32,000 nt of DNA. Origin: Zygophlyctis sp. KS116. Its lineage: Eukaryota > Fungi > Chytridiomycota. Positions 30,460-32,000 of this stretch are shown here, piece by piece. Both the position numbers and the translations under genes were made by a program. The notes under the pieces were generated by a model, which saw only the letters and a list, made by a program, of their open reading frames with translations, had not been told where the DNA came from and did no database searches. Positions within the stretch are counted from its first letter, which is position 1; the number at the start of each line of letters is the position of its first letter. The stretch spans positions 60,001 through 92,000 of the forward strand of contig BAAFSQ010000007.1 in the NCBI GenBank assembly GCA_054661495.1. The letters are read 5' to 3'.

Positions 30460-32000
30460 ATGCCGCCAAGAACCAAGGAAGAAAGAGCAGCCGCCAGAGC
30501 TGAAAAGAGAAAAGGGAAATCTGAAAACTCACCGGCGAGTTCAGTAGAAAGTTTGGCAATTTCTAATTTAAAATTGGAGAATAATAGATCTTCAACTGGG
30601 GTTTTGACTTCTCAGAAAGATTCTAGGGATGTAAAGATTGAACTTTATTCATTATCATTTTATTCTCAGGTTCTTATCAATGAATCTACTATCGAATTAA
30701 ACTTTGGAAGAAGGTATGGTCTCTTGGGAGAAAATGGATCTGGAAAGTCTACTTTTTTAAATTCATTGGCTGCAAGGGAGGCTCCGATACCCGAGCACAT
30801 TGATATTTATTTGCTAAATTCAGAATATCCGCCTACTGAAATGTCTGCACTTCAAGCAGTCATTGATGATGCTGAAAAGGAATTGAAAAGATTGGAAAAA
30901 TTAATGGAAGACATGATGGTGGATGATCCTGAAAATCCTTTATTAGATGATATTTATGAAAGAATTGAAAATATGGATGCTTCAACTTTTGAGTCTAGAG
31001 CTGCATCTATTCTTCATGGGTTGGGATTTACTGATGATAGAATGAAGAATAAGACAAAGGATTTGTCTGGTGGTTGGAGAATGAGAGTTGCATTGGCTAG
31101 AGCACTCTTTGTAAAACCAACTATATTGCTTTTAGATGAACCTACTAATCATTTGGATTTGGGTGCTGTGGTTTGGCTTGAAGAGTATCTTGCAAAATAT
31201 GATAGAATATTATTGATTATTTCACACTCTCAAGATTTTTTGAATAGTGTTTGTACTAATATTGTGGAATTGAATCATAAAAAGGAATTGGTTTACTATA
31301 GTGGAAATTATGATTCTTTTTACAAGACTAAATCTGAAAATGAAGTTAATCAACAAAAAGCTTATGAAAAACAACAAGAAGAAATCGCTCATATTAAAAA
31401 GTTCATTGCTTCTTGTGGTACATATGCAAATTTGGTCAAACAGGCAAAGTCTCGTCAAAAGATTCTTGATAAGATGGAGGCTGATGGTCTAATTGAATCT
31501 GTTTTCAAGGCAAAATCTTTTGACTTTTCCTTTGAATCTGCTGGTCGATTGCCACCACCTGTCCTAGCATTTACCGAAATGTGCTTTTCTTATAATGGTG
31601 ATTTGAAGAATAATGCCATTTATAAGAATATCGAATTTGGAGTTGATACAGAGTCAAGAATTGCCCTTGTGGGTCCAAATGGTGCAGGAAAGTCTACGCT
31701 TTTGAAGCTCATGTCTGGGGAGTTGAGTCCTACTTCTGGCTCGATTTCTCGTCATTCGCATCTTAAATTGTGCAAATATAATCAGCATTCTGCTGATCAA
31801 TTGGATACGGATATATCAGCTGTTGATTATTTACGAAAAACATTTTCTGACTTACCTCAAGACATAACATTCTGGCGTCAACAAATAGGTCGTTTTGGAT
31901 TAACTGGAAATTCCCAACTCTGCCCGATTGCGCAATTGTCAGATGGTCAAAAATCTAGAATTGTATTCTGTGAACTCTCCTTGTCAAAACCAAATGTTTT
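30460..32000 (+). CDS. ABCF2: ABC-F family ATPase ABCF2/Arb1; partial, runs off the window
   Basis: MPPRTKEERAA..., GVLTS..DSRDVKI, ELNFGRRYGLLGENGSGKST, LSGGWRMRVALARALF, LLDEPTNHLD, second Walker A VGPNGAGKST, LSDGQKSR. Missing from the ORF track because it has no stop within the window. Confidence 0.94.
   Translation, partial: MPPRTKEERAAARAEKRKGKSENSPASSVESLAISNLKLENNRSSTGVLTSQKDSRDVKIELYSLSFYSQVLINESTIELNFGRRYGLLGENGSGKSTFLNSLAAREAPIPEHIDIYLLNSEYPPTEMSALQAVIDDAEKELKRLEKLMEDMMVDDPENPLLDDIYERIENMDASTFESRAASILHGLGFTDDRMKNKTKDLSGGWRMRVALARALFVKPTILLLDEPTNHLDLGAVVWLEEYLAKYDRILLIISHSQDFLNSVCTNIVELNHKKELVYYSGNYDSFYKTKSENEVNQQKAYEKQQEEIAHIKKFIASCGTYANLVKQAKSRQKILDKMEADGLIESVFKAKSFDFSFESAGRLPPPVLAFTEMCFSYNGDLKNNAIYKNIEFGVDTESRIALVGPNGAGKSTLLKLMSGELSPTSGSISRHSHLKLCKYNQHSADQLDTDISAVDYLRKTFSDLPQDITFWRQQIGRFGLTGNSQLCPIAQLSDGQKSRIVFCELSLSKPNV

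Noticed and set aside
30221-31492. Small ORFs 30221-30547, 31222-31458 and 31301-31492
   Set aside because: Off-frame or antisense shadows of the AIM18-like and ABCF2 genes.

Overview
AT-rich, extremely gene-dense eukaryotic DNA, most likely an early-diverging (zoosporic/chytrid-like) fungus; the taxon is inferred from the gene set. Housekeeping genes are Sfi1-like, CWC27, RAD5, MRPS12, a CUL2-like cullin, an ARM+SPRY protein, CNS1/TTC4, a PLP aminotransferase, a Pcl-type cyclin, NAR1, three MBOAT/wax-synthase paralogues, AIM18-like and ABCF2. Many of them are split by ultra-short 23-31 nt GT-AG introns, and genes are often only 0-60 bp apart. Positions ~14.8-24.5 kb form an accessory island of minus-strand Crinkler(CRN)-type effector genes: coiled-coil+trypsin proteases, PD-(D/E)XK nucleases and a canonical Ubl-header CRN. 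The most striking structure is a 1400-bp insert (20356-21755) flanked by an apparently perfect 543-bp direct duplication that leaves both neighbouring host genes intact. The insert carries a nuclease effector and a divergent, internally deleted GIY-YIG/zinc-knuckle endonuclease gene. The protease cassettes show the same geometry, and both kinds of breakpoint fall right after GGATCT. All calls come from manual reading; no database searches were run.
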